Notes under the pieces: generated by a model
Told to the model about the DNA's origin: nothing
Seen by the model: the letters and a program-made list of their open reading frames with translations, nothing else
Databases searched by the model: none
Made by a program: the position numbers and the translations under genes
Shown: positions 1 to 11,851 of the stretch, in pieces
Position numbering within the stretch: position 1 is the stretch's first letter
Layout of the letters: the number at the start of each line of letters is the position of its first letter
DNA from: Octopus bimaculoides
Lineage: Eukaryota
Reading direction: 5' to 3'
Length of the DNA stretch: 48,078 bases
NCBI RefSeq assembly: GCF_001194135.2
Contig: NC_069002.1
Coordinates: 5,796,612 to 5,844,689, forward strand

Positions 1-56
1 GACTGTTATTTCAGAAAACATTAGCTGCCATTTCTAGCTACTTAAGAAATTAAGTT

Positions 57-136
<80 letters not shown>

Positions 137-137
<1 letters not shown>

Positions 138-369
138 GTGGCGAGCTGGTAGAAACGTTAGCACGCCGGGCGAAATGCTTAGCGGTATTTCGTCTGCCGC
201 TACGTTCTGAGTTCAAATTCCGCCGAGGTTGACTTTGTCTTTCATCCTTTCGGGGTCGATAAATTAAGTACCAGTTATGCACTGGGGTCGATCTAATCGA
301 CTTAATCCCTTTGTCTGTCCTTGTTTATCCCCTCTGTGTTTAACCCCTTGTGGGCAATAATGAAATAAG
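137..369 (+). mobile_element. tRNA-derived SINE, family A (octopus-type), flanked by (GATA)n
   Basis: Head GGCGAGCTGGTAGAAACGTTAGCACGCCGGGCGAAATGC, B-box GTTCAAATTC at 211-220, core GACTTTGTCTTTCATCCTTTCGGGGTCGATAAATTAAGTACCAG. The same sequence recurs more than 12 times in the window. Confidence 0.85.
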
Positions 370-637
370 ATAGATAGATAGATAGATAGATATTCATCTA
401 CGTCTCTACATGGCATACAAAACTTGTTCATAATTACGGACTTCAGTAATTAATTAAAATAATTAATCATCAGTCGGGTCGTTTTATTTCAGCCACTATT
501 TTAAATGTTATTTATGATTTTCTTTTCACAATTGTTTTTAACCGTTGTCGTTCTTTTTTTTTTACTCTTTTATCTTGTCTCACCACCCATCTCTCTACCT
601 CTCTCTCTCTCTCTCTCACTTTCTTTAATTTATTCAG

Positions 638-867
638 ATATAACCGAAAAATCGATCACAGCGGCCAACAAATCCGAAATACTAACAACAAGCCCCAAAC
701 TGGAAACCGGTGTGAAAGCTGAACCGGAATCAAGGCCTGATAATGGGACAAACACCCAGACAGCTGGGGTTGAAACCGTACACCTCAGCACCACTGTTGT
801 GACTGCCACCACCATCACTGCCTTAACTGTCATTTCAGCCATTACAATTTCCGGCCGGTTTTATTAA
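638..867 (+). CDS. Terminal coding exon of a gene starting upstream of the window; Thr-rich stalk plus hydrophobic C-terminus (GPI-signal-like or membrane anchor)
   Basis: Polypyrimidine tract and TTCAG acceptor end at 637. Phase-1 frame reads (D)ITEKSITAANKSEILTTSPKLETGVKAEPESRPDNGTNTQTAGVETVHLSTTVVTATTITALTVISAITISGRFY*. Two N-glycosylation sequons (NKS, NGT); ATTAAA at 935-940. Confidence 0.6.
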
Positions 868-982
868 CAAATTCATTATGTACAAGTATCATATAACTAA
901 GCTTTTATTACGATTTTATTATTGAACATGTATTATTAAACATCTTTTATTATTATTATTGTTATTATTATTATTATTATTA

Positions 983-1020
<38 letters not shown>

Positions 1021-1028
1021 ATTACTAA

Positions 1029-1502
1029 GGCGGTGGAGCTAGCTGAATCGTTAGCACGCCGGGCGAAATGCTTAGCGGTATTTCGTCCGTCTTTACGTTC
1101 TGAGCACAAATTCCGCTGGGGGTCGACTTTGCCTTTCATCCTTTCGGGGTCGATAAAAGAAGTACCAGTTGAACACTGGGGTCGATCTAATCGACTAGCT
1201 CCCTCCCCCCAAAAACTCCAGGCTTTGTGCCTTTAGTAGAAAGGATTATTATTATTATTATCATCATTATTATTATTATATAAACATGGCGAGTAGGCAG
1301 AGTCGTTTATGTTTAGAGAGAAAATGCATAACAGCATTACTTCCGGCTTTTTGCGTTCTGAGTGTTAAAATCCCGCCGAGGTCGACTTTGCCTTTCATCC
1401 TTTCGAGGTCGATAAAATAAAGTACCAGTCAAGTACTGGAGTCGATGTAATCGACTAACTTCCTTCCTTCAAACTTACTGGCCTCGTGCCAAAATTTGAA
1501 AC

Positions 1503-1505
<3 letters not shown>
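1029..1505 (+). mobile_element. Two tandem family A SINE copies (about 1029-1245 and 1286-1505) among (ATT)n tracts
   Basis: Direct similarity to 137-369; both end in (ATT)n tails. Confidence 0.85.
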
Positions 1506-1539
<34 letters not shown>

Positions 1540-1921
1540 ATTATTATTATCATTATTATTATTATTTACTAAATATTATTTTTAATTAATTTTCTAACGA
1601 AATTAATGAATGTTTTACTTGTACACACACACACATATATATGCTGATATATATATTCATATATATATNNNNNNNNNNNNNNNNNNNNNNNNNNNNNNNN
1701 NNNNNNNNNNNNNNNNNNNNNNNNNNNNNNNNNNNNTATATATATATATCCATATAAAATATGTTGTATGTAATATTTATATGTGTGTGTATATCTATAT
1801 ATATGTATGTGTATGTGTATGTGTATGTGTATGAATATATTCATATATATATGTGTGTGTGTATATATACATATATATAAATATATATATATAATATTAT
1901 ATAATATTATATTATATATTA

Positions 1922-3201
1922 TTAGGTCGTCAAGTATGAAATTTGTAGAAAAGAAAAACGAGTTGGCTAATGTTTATAAATACGAGGAAGAGTTTTATTC
2001 ATCAAACTATGCACCAATATTGTCAATACACTTTTGCCATTCCAGTGGTAGCTTGTCCACACCGGATCTGTAAAAGCCTGGCAATCTAGAGTCAATAAAA
2101 TCTTAGAAGGCCTGTTTTACAGCATTGTCAGAATTAAATTTTTTCCTATCAAAAAGTTATCCAAATTCTGGAAGAAGTGGTAGTCAGTGGGGACAAGATC
2201 AGATGAGTATGGTGGATGAGGGAGAACTTCCAACTCCAACTCCTGTGGTTTCACCAATGTCATTTCTGCATATGTAGTCTGGCGTTGTCTTGCAATGAAA
2301 TAGGAGTGGATCTGTTGACTAATCTAGGCTGTTTTTTGAAAGTTTCTGCATCATTTGGTCCAGTTGGCTGCAGTATACTTCGGCCGTGATTGATGAGCCA
2401 GGTTTAATGAAATCATAATGGATCGCATTTGCACACGACCACCAAACACACACCATCAGCTTCTTTTGGTGAATTTTGCTTTTTGGACTGTGTTTTGGTG
2501 GCTTGTCTTTGTCCAACCATTGTGCTGAATGTCTACGGTTGTTGTACTGGATCCATTTTTCATCACATGTTACAATTCGATTAAAAAATGATTCATTTTT
2601 GTGACGAGAAAGTAGCATAATGCAGGCTTCCAAACGTTGCTGTTTCTGATTTTCATTGAGTTCATGTGGAACCCACTTATCCAACTTTTTCACTTTACCG
2701 ATTCGAACTAGGTAAGTCAATGTTGTTTGCTTGCTAACACCAAACAACAGCGATAATTGACAGGTACTTTGAGATGGATCTGACTCGACGTTAGCTTTCA
2801 GTTCGTCATCATCCACCTTTGATTCTGGTCGACTGCGTTGCTCAGTTGTGAGGTCAAGGTTACCAGAACGAAATTTTGGAAACCAGTTTGATACTATCTG
2901 CTGTGTAATAACATTAGACTGAAATACTCCATTAATATTCTGAGCTGTCTATGGTGCAGTATTTCCAAGAAAAAACTTATATTTCAGAACTGTACGAACT
3001 TCGGACTTAACCATCTCTAAACAAAAATAGCAAAAACGATTTATAAATACTTTATAAAGTGCAAAATGAATTAGAATAAAGAAATAGATGTGTCACAGCT
3101 TTCTAACAAAGAATAAAGATTGTCTAAGTACAATAATGGCGCAAAATGAGCAGCTGTCAAAGTTTACCATATACCTTACTACAAATTTCATACTTGACGA
3201 C

Positions 3202-3205
<4 letters not shown>
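1922..3205 (-). mobile_element. Full-length (1284 bp) mariner DNA transposon, Hsmar1/cecropia-like, with decayed transposase
   Basis: Perfect 27-bp TIRs TTAGGTCGTCAAGTATGAAATTTGTAG (1922-1948 and 3179-3205), each flanked by TA; inserted in a (TA)n tract. Confidence 0.95.
1996..3014 (-). pseudogene. Mariner DD34D transposase pseudogene
   Basis: Starts MVKSEVRTVLKYKF at 3014. Motifs GKVKKLDKWVPHEL, IVTCDEKW, LQDNARLH and LPHPPYSSDLVPTDYHFF are present. At least three in-frame stops and two frameshifts. Confidence 0.92.
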
Positions 3206-3242
<37 letters not shown>

Positions 3243-4479
3243 TATATATATATATAATACATTTAATATATATATAATACATATATATATAATATATCTA
3301 ATATATATATANNNNNNNNNNNNNNNNNNNNNNNNNNNNNNNNNNNNNNNNNNNNNNNNNNNNNNNNNNNNNNNNNNNNNNNNNNNNNNNNNNNNNNNNN
3401 NNNNNNNNNNNNNNNNNNNNNNNNNNNNNNNNNNNNNNNNNNNNNNNNNNNNNNNNNNNNNNNNNNNNNNNNNNNNNNNNNNNNNNNNNNNNNNNNNNNN
3501 NNNNNNNNNNNNNNNNNNNNNNNNNNNNNNNNNNNNNNNNNNNNNNNNNNNNNNNNNNNNNNNNNNNNNNNNNNNNNNNNNNNNNNNNNNNNNNNNNNNN
3601 NNNNNNNNNNNNNNNNNNNNNNNNNNNNNNNNNNNNNNNNNNNNNNNNNNNNNNNNNNNNNNNNNNNNNNNNNNNNNNNNNNNNNNNNNNNNNNNNNNNN
3701 NNNNNNNNNNNNNNNNNNNNNNNNNNNNNNNNNNNNNNNNNNNNNNNNNNNNNNNNNNNNNNNNNNNNNNNNNNNNNNNNNNNNNNNNNNNNNNNNNNNN
3801 NNNNNNNNNNNNNNNNNNNNNNNNNNNNNNNNNNNNNNNNNNNNNNNNNNNNNNNNNNNNNNNNNNNNNNNNNNNNNNNNNNNNNNNNNNNNNNNNNNNN
3901 NNNNNNNNNNNNNNNNNNNNNNNNNNNNNNNNNNNNNNNNNNNNNNNNNNNNNNNNNNNNNNNNNNNNNNNNNNNNNNNNNNNNNNNNNNNNNNNNNNNN
4001 NNNNNNNNNNNNNNNNNNNNNNNNNNNNNNNNNNNNNNNNNNNNNNNNNNNNNNNNNNNNNNNNNNNNNNNNNNNNNNNNNNNNNNNNNNNNNNNNNNNN
4101 NNNNNNNNNNNNNNNNNNNNNNNNNNNNNNNNNNNNNNNNNNNNNNNNNNNNNNNNNNNNNNNNNNNNNNNNNNNNNNNNNNNNNNNNNNNNNNNNNNAA
4201 AAAAAAAAATAATTTTAAATAATTAAATAAAATAATTGAATGGATAAATAATTATGTAATGGATTTAATGTGATTTTTATTTCCTTTCTGGGTTTTATTA
4301 AAAAAATAATAAAGATATGAAAATAATAAATCTGAGTTTTTCGTGTTTTTTTTTTGTGTATGTATATACACATCTATGTATGTGTTAATGTATATGTTTA
4401 TATATACATATGTATGTGCGTGAGCGTCTGTATGTGCGTGCGCAGACATTTGAGTATGTGTGTGTGTGGTGTGTCAGTT

Positions 4480-4730
4480 ATTTCAGTCATTTGTTTCAGT
4501 CATTTGACTGCCGCCATGCTGGAGCACCGCATTTAGTAGAACAAATCGACCCCAGTACTTATTCTTTGTAAGCCTAGTAATTATTCTANNNNNNNNNNAT
4601 ATACATATACGACGGGCTTCTTTCAGTTTCTGTCTATCAAATCCATTCACAAGCCTTTGGTCGGCCCGAGACAACAGTAGAAGACACTTGCCCAAGGTGC
4701 CACGCAGTGGGACTGAACCCGGAACCATGT
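4480..4730 (-). mobile_element. Family B SINE fragments (tail and head) split by a small gap
   Basis: Reverse complement of the family B tail (GCTCCAGCATGGCGGCAGTCAAATGACTGAAAC) and head (GTTCAGTCCCACTGCGTGGCACCTTGGGCAAGTGTCTTC). Confidence 0.75.
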
Positions 4731-4959
4731 GAAGATACTGAACAAAGGCTGAACTGAAATGAGGCAAGTATGTTCCACTCGATGTGTAATGTTAGTGTAT
4801 GAGCGCAACTACCTATGAGCTTTATCGATACCCCTCCCCACCTGTGGTTACTCATTAACAACAATAACACCAATCTAATTAACTCGCTTTCCACCACAAG
4901 GTTCAGATCGAACCCGGATCCATGCGGCTACGAAACAAGCTTTTTACTACACAGCCATG

Positions 4960-5440
4960 CCTCGAAGTAATTGGATTCACTTCTAATCACTCATTTCACT
5001 ATCCGATTTTTAACATTATCAAACATGTCTTCCATTCGTCGTTTCACAGAGTTGGTTTATAATGGAATCGTACCATAATTCCTAGCTATTTTGTCTCCAT
5101 GTATTCTAGAGACAATTGCTTTGGCAGCAGGTAGAATTAGTTCCTCCGCTGCTGTATGTGATTTTTTCCCATTTTTAGCTATTAAAAGAGACACATCATG
5201 CGATGCAAACACAACGTTTTCATTATCACAAACACTTTCTATTTTTTTCTGATTGACTTTCGACATGAATGTCGTTCTTACCGTCTTCTTTGAAAATATC
5301 CAACAAGTCTGCTCTTAATGCTTCGTTTCGAAATGTCAGCGATGTTTGGCTGGGTTCATGCTTTCCTTTTCACATTGTTTCATTACATGAAACACACTAT
5401 GGCTTCTCTTCACCTTCAAGCTTAGCTATATATAAATCCG
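4960..5440 (-). pseudogene. hAT (Buster/Charlie-type) transposase N-terminal fragment
   Basis: Minus-strand frames read KP*CVSCNETM*KESMNPAKHR*HFETKH (decayed BED-like ...CxxC...MKPxKLxRHFETKH) and ASHDVSLLIAKNGKKSHTAAEELILPAA...IPL, typical of Buster-type transposases. Multiple stops. Confidence 0.75.
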
Positions 5441-8400
5441 AACAATATGTACTCATTTAAATATTTCCGAGTTTTCAATTTTCAGACTTGAGCCAGTTTA
5501 TATATAACATATAATGTGTGTATGTATGTGTGCGTACTTATATATGTATATATATATATATNNNNNNNNNNNNNNNNNNNNNNNNNNNNNNNNNNNNNNN
5601 NNNNNNNNNNNNNNNNNNNNNNNNNNNNNNNNNNNNNNNNNNNNNNNNNNNNNNNNNNNNNNNNNNNNNNNNNNNNNNNNNNNNNNNNNNNNNNNNNNNN
5701 NNNNNNNNNNNNNNNNNNNNNNNNNNNNNNNNNNNNNNNNNNNNNNNNNNNNNNNNNNNNNNNNNNNNNNNNNNNNNNNNNNNNNNNNNNNNNNNNNNNN
5801 NNNNNNNNNNNNNNNNNNNNNNNNNNNNNNNNNNNNNNNNNNNNNNNNNNNNNNNNNNNNNNNNNNNNNNNNNNNNNNNNNNNNNNNNNNNNNNNNNNNN
5901 NNNNNNNTATATATATATAGAACTGAGTTTTGTTTTAGACTATGAATGAGCCTTGATAAAGAAGTGTTATTAGTTCTTGCTTGAGATTTAAAGCTAGAAT
6001 AGTGGTTACCAACTCTTACATTGAAGGTGGTGCTGCACGAGCATATATATAGATAAGTGGAGTCCTCCGTCGATACTGCACGTTCATATATAGTATTTTT
6101 AGTGAGGCACCTCTTATCTGAGGGACAAGACGTGGGGCGTCTACAGCTGCATAGGATTCTACTAAGCTATAGTAGAAGATATTTTCCCAAGATAAACCGC
6201 ATTGGGACTGAACCTGAAGCCATGTGGTTGCGACGCAAATTTCTTACCAGATAGTTTATATAGATACATAGGTCTATAGAGATATATAGATATACAGGTC
6301 GACCGAGTAGGAACGGGAGAAAGAAACGGAGGCGAAATGCCAACAACGGCCTGTGTAGAGGCAAGGCAAAGATGCAAACAGGGAATGCAATATACAGTGA
6401 GAAATAGAGTGGGGCAGAGAGAGAGAGATAGCGTGGAAAGAAAGAAGATAGATCTCTACATGAGAGAAGAGCAATCAGAGAGGTAACGTGATATAATAAA
6501 AAGAAATCTATGAACAGAGATAGAAATATAAAATAACAGAAATAGAAAGAAGGAAAAGGAGTTGAGTGGAGAATTGAATCCAATAACATTAGAAAACTTC
6601 CTTACAGTGCCTTTTCCATGAACAACGTGTCGTTAAGTGCAGACTATCATATTCAATATAGGGAGTCGAAAATATTTCGCTCCTCAGTTGAAATTACATC
6701 GGTTACATGAACATATGCCAACAATACCAATAAAATTTCCTGTGGTGTGTTTGTGTGTGTGTGTNNNNNNNNNNNNNNNNNNNNNNNNNNNNNNNNNNNN
6801 NNNNNNNNNNNNNNNNNNNNNNNNNNNNNNNNNNNNNNNNNNNNNNNNNNNNNNNNNNNNNNNNNNNNNNNNNNNNNNNNNNNNNNNNNNNNNNNNNNNN
6901 NNNNNNNNNNNNNNNNNNNNNNNNNNNNNNNNNNNNNNNNNNNNNNNNNNNNNNNNNNNNNNNNNNNNNNNNNNNNNNNNNNNNNNNNNNNNNNNNNNNN
7001 NNNNNNNNNNNNNNNNNNNNNNNNNNNNNNNNNNNNNNNNNNNNNNNNNNNNNNNNNNNNNNNNNNNNNNNNNNNNNNNNNNNNNNNNNNNNNNNNNNNN
7101 NNNNNNNNNNNNNNNNNNNNNNNNNNNNNNNNNNNNNNNNNNNNNNNNNNNNNNNNNNNNNNNNNNNNNNNNNNNNNNNNNNNNNNNNNNNNNNNNNNNN
7201 NNNNNNNNNNNNNNNNNNNNNNNNNNNNNNNNNNNNNNNNNNNNNNNNNNNNNNNNNNNNNNNNNNNNNNNNNNNNNNNNNNNNNNNNNNNNNNNNNNNN
7301 NNNNNNNNNNNNNNNNNNNNNNNNNNNNNNNNNNNNNNNNNNNNNNNNNNNNNNNNNNNNNNNNNNNNNNNNNNNNNNNNNNNNNNNNNNNNNNNNNNNN
7401 NNNNNNNNNNNNNNNNNNNNNNNNNNNNNNNNNNNNNNNNNNNNNNNNNNNNNNNNNNNNNNNNNNNNNNNNNNNNNNNNNNNNNNNNNNNNNNNNNNNN
7501 NNNNNNNNNNNNNNNNNNNNNNNNNNNNNNNNNNNNNNNNNNNNNNNNNNNNNNNNNNNNNNNNNNNNNNNNNNNNNNNNNNNNNNNNNNNNNNNNNNNN
7601 NNNNNNNNNNNNNNNNNNNNNNNNNNNNNNNNNNNNNNNNNNNNNNNNNNNNNNNNNNNNNNNNNNNNNNNNNNNNNNNNNNNNNNNNNNNNNNNNNNNN
7701 NNNAGACCATTGTTCAGAAGCAATCCATCTATGACTGTCCCTCTTCTTTTTCTTTCCATTTTTTACTTTTATTTTTATTTTGTTACGCATTGTTTGTGTA
7801 CTTCAAACCACATTCACTGTCCATAGTGTTCGATCTCTTCAAAAACCGGTCGGTCTGTGTAATCGGAGGCAAAGCCAGTTGCTATTCCCATCAAGTTGAG
7901 TGGTCACTTTCAGGTTTCTCAAGTCATGCAAGTTTGTTAGATTTTTACTGAGTTAACTGCGTGTTGGTCAGTGTGGTAGGGTGGTAGGGTGGTAGGATGG
8001 TTGGCGGGCTAGATGGTGGGATTGCTGGGTGGATGGATGGATGGATGGATGGATGGATGGATGGATGGATGCCAGGAACAAACTTCGGTTTCATGAGATG
8101 AGAAAACGGATTTCAGATGAAGATAAAATAAATAATGCGTCGAACTGGCAGAGTGGTTACAGCATCGGACAAACCGCCTACAAAATTCGAAAGATTGAGA
8201 AAGGGTTTTGTGTGATAGAAGGTAATTTTTGCGTGAGGTCCCTGTCAGGTGTTTATGGAGCCCTCACATAGCTCTACAAACCTCGGGCCTATGTAGCGGT
8301 TGTAGCCTGTAGAAGAAAAGGGAGCTGTAACAGTTGCAGCAGCAGCTTCTGTATCATCACCAAATCCAAGGCCCTCACCTTGTGGTCACCAAATCTACAA

Positions 8401-8689
8401 ACGTCCGCAGTCATATTTTCCTCATGTTTTGGACAGAAGTGTAACACCTGGGCCTCTGCTCTACACCACCACACATCCACTCGCACAAAAGACCATATTT
8501 CCAGAATAGCCTTGTGGTCGTCAATGGTCATCAAGGCTTATAAGTCTGTACAGATTCACCCCACCACATATTCCTGGAGTCCTTTCAGACCAGAGTTTAA
8601 GGCCAATTTCTAAAAGACCCTTTATCCAGCAGTACAACAATTGAGTGGGATTTGTCAGAAAGGCATAAACCTATCCGATGTGCGTAGAG

Positions 8690-8990
8690 GGTGACGAAAC
8701 CGTCCAGTATACCCTCATTCGGTGTCTATGTATTGTTACGCAGGATTATATCGAGCAGTTGGTCTCATGGCTCTTGAACACTTACGGACCAGGTGGAATC
8801 TATCGTGAAGACGGACTTGCCGCCTTCCCTTATCACGGTAGTCTTCCTGCGTCTGGTGGCTAAGGCGAAGGAAGATACGTGTTGAACGATGTTGAAATGT
8901 TTGAGGGCAGAACTTTCCTTCTCAAGCCAAGCATTTGTCAATTCGCTCAACTTCCACTTCAAGAAAAAGGTGAGGGTAGAAAGTTCCTGT
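8690..8990 (+). pseudogene. Possible highly decayed reverse transcriptase fragment (Penelope-like)
   Basis: IEQLVSWLLNTYGPGGIYREDGLAAF resembles the GLYRDDGLA catalytic segment of some PLE RTs. After a frameshift AFVNSLNFHF loosely resembles VNFLD. Weak. Confidence 0.3.
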
Positions 8991-9377
8991 AAATTTCATG
9001 AAAGGTGGATGTGAGAGACGAAACTGATGCAGCTAAACAGGCCTACTCTAACTATCTAACTATGCGGCCGTTCATTAGAAGCAAGACTTCGTGTATCAGA
9101 GTAATACGGAGTTGCGTAGTGGGGTGCCATGAATTACTCTTTGCGGTTCCATCCTTCCAGTATCGGAAAATCTAGCTGTTATTTTTGGTATCCTGTTTGG
9201 CTATTGTTATTTATTGCTACTTAATATCTTTAATGTTCATCGCATTACTCTTCTCTCTATAAATCCTTCCCTCGCTGTTACTTGCTTGTCATTTTCTTCT
9301 TTTTTTTTTTTTTGTATTTCACCTTCATGTAGTCTTCAGAATTTTGAGATATTGCTAGCAAACGATAACGCTATTTC

Positions 9378-9415
<38 letters not shown>

Positions 9416-9870
9416 TACAATAGTTGTTGTTGTTGTCGTCGTCGTCGTTGTTGTGGTGGCGGTGGCAGTGTTGTATAATAAAGAAAAAATACCACTGAAT
9501 CATTCCTTCATATAACCATGCCTGATACGGCAAGGCCTGATCGTATCACAAACTCACTCATTCTCTCATACCTGCCATGAAACAACGAGTCATTGATTGA
9601 CTCGCTCTCCTCTTCCCTCCCCCTCCCCCTTGCTTATGTCATTGACGATGGTCCTTATTTTTCATTTCACCGTTTCTCTCTCTCTCTTTCTCTTTCCTTC
9701 TCTCTCGCTTTCCCTCTCTCCCCTTTCTTTTCCTCCCTCTCTCTCTCTCTCTCTCTCTTTCCTTCTCTCTAACTTTCCCCCTCTCCCCTTTCTTTTCCTC
9801 CCTCTCTCTCTCTCACTTTCCCTCTCTCCCCTTTCTTTTCCTCTCTCTCTCTCTTTCTCTCTCTCTTGTC

Positions 9871-9990
9871 TCTCTTTCCTCTCTTCTCATTCTCTTTCCT
9901 CTCTTCTCATTCTCTTTCCTCTCTTCTCATTCTCTTTCCTCTCTTCTCATTCTCTTTCCTCTCTTCTCATTCTCTTTCCTCTCTTCTCAT
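9871..9990. repeat. Perfect 20-bp minisatellite x6 (TCTCTTTCCTCTCTTCTCAT) within a ~1.1-kb CT-rich tract (9670-10700)
   Basis: Six identical consecutive units counted directly. Confidence 0.95.
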
Positions 9991-10112
9991 TCTCTTTCTC
10001 GGTCGTCTGCTCAGGGTAACTCGTACCAATGAAACTATCGCGCTCTCTCCTTGTCTTTCCCATCCTTTCTATTTCCCGTTTTCACTCTGCCTTTCTCATC
10101 CTCTCTCACCCT

Positions 10113-10149
<37 letters not shown>

Positions 10150-10550
10150 ACTTTCTCAGCCTTCTACCCTTTCCCCTTACTCTCCTCCTCACACTCTCCA
10201 CTCTCTTTCTCTTACACATGTATTTTTCTCCCCCTTATTTCTATCTCATGTTGTCTCTCCCTCACATCACTGAGTCTTTCACACTCAATCTATCTCTATA
10301 TCTCTCTGTCTCTCCCTCTTTCACTTTCCCTCACTCTCTCTCTTTATCTCTACCTTTCTCTGTCTCTCTCTCGCTCTCTCTCTCTTTCAGTCTACACACA
10401 CACACACACACACACACTTACAGTTTCTCTCTTCTGTATTGCCTATTGTGTCTTTCGTATTTACATGCCTCCCCTTTCTCTCTACCTCTCTCTCTTTCTT
10501 TCTTTTTCTTTCTTTCTATGTTCCCATCTCTTTTCTTGTTTCATTCACAA

Positions 10551-10589
<39 letters not shown>

Positions 10590-11277
10590 TACACACACGC
10601 ATGTACACTCTCTTTTTCCCTGTCTTTCTTCCTCTCCCTCTCTTTCTCCCCTTCTATTCCCCTCCCCTTTCTTCCCTTCCTTCTGTCGTCTGCTATTTCT
10701 TCCATATCACTTGAATCAGACGACCATTCTTTTCTACGTGAATCATTGAGTTACAGACATTGAATCACTGTCCTTATCAATGAATCATTTCGACATATCT
10801 CTCCCGTATTACCGAATTTCCACCGCTTGCTTGTGTTGAGCAACCTGCCTGTAGATGGGCGCATGGTTAAGATGCCAGTCTGCTAGCTAAAAGGTCAGCA
10901 GTTCATATCCCATTATTGGCACTACATCGTATCTCTAACAAAGGTCCTACACACTATAAAAAGCCGATACACTAATCCTACAAAAGCCTCGATGCAATAA
11001 ATGTCACATTTAGTACATTATTCTCAAGGACGATTATTAATCATTCGATTTCAGTGTAACAGCCCACACACACACACACACACACACACTTACATATACA
11101 TACATACAGACAAAAGCACATACATTTGCACACACATACACACACGTACACACACACACGCATGCAACATTTTCTAACATATCTGTAATATTCTGTCGTC
11201 AGTCGTCCTTTTGGCAAATAAAAATTAATATTCTTGTTGTTGATGCAGTTGTTGTTGTTGTTGTTGCTGTTGTACAA

Positions 11278-11399
11278 GGTGGCGAAGTGGCAGACTCGTT
11301 CGTACGCCGGGAGAAATGCTTAAAGGTTTATGCCTTTCGTCTGCCGCTACGTTCTGAGTTCAAATTCCGCTGAGGTCGACTTCGCCTTTCATCCTTTCC
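11278..11399 (+). mobile_element. 3'-truncated family A SINE
   Basis: Head and B-box present; ends at GCCTTTCATCCTTTCC. Confidence 0.8.
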
Positions 11400-11851
11400 G
11401 TGGAGTTAGCTAGAGTAGATATCGCCTCCTGTGAAGATAATAGTAAGGAAATGTTATTTAGAGCTGCTCCAGTAACAGTAAGAGATAGAGAAACCAAAAA
11501 TCCAAATGTGGTTAAAAGCCAGAAAAAGATTCAAGATTATATCACTGGCAAGAGAAGGCATTGCATGGAAGATTTCCAAAGATAGTGAAGGAAAATAATA
11601 ATAGTGAGACATGGTTGTGGTTGCAGAGAGAATGGCTGAAAAGAAAGACAGAAAGTTTTTTAGTAGCAGCACAAGATCAAGCCAAGATAGACAAAAATCT
11701 GATAGATTCCCAATACAGGTTATGTAAATCAAAGGAGAAAAATGTTACCCATATAGCTAGTAGATGTAGTATGCTGTCACATAAAGAATACGAAGAAAGA
11801 CACGACAAACTAGGGAGAGTAATTCACTGGGAATTTTTTGCAGAAAACTAG
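11400..11851 (+). pseudogene. C-terminal fragment of an RLE-type non-LTR retrotransposon ORF (R4/Dong/NeSL-like), post-RT zinc-knuckle region
   Basis: MHGRF...TWLWLQREWLKRKTESFLVAAQDQA...YRLCKSKEKNVTHIASRCSMLSHKEYEERHDKLGRVIHWE matches the TWxWL..LKxETE..I.AAQDQ...CRxC...ET..H....C..LA..EY..RHD...IHW pattern. Confidence 0.75.

Noticed and set aside
34-282. Family of similar short ORFs (RPRKDERQSRPRRNLNSER...; also 936-1139, 42240-42443, 46177-46365)
   Set aside because: Translations of family A SINE copies, not a gene family.
3088-7951. Long ORFs of 130-400 aa here and at 11838-12511, 14267-15063, 16957-17865, 28252-28928 and 33604-34382
   Set aside because: They are open only because they run through N gaps (X residues); no coding evidence.
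9597-10763. Leu/Ser/Phe-rich ORFs resembling membrane proteins
   Set aside because: Translations of a CT-rich low-complexity tract.
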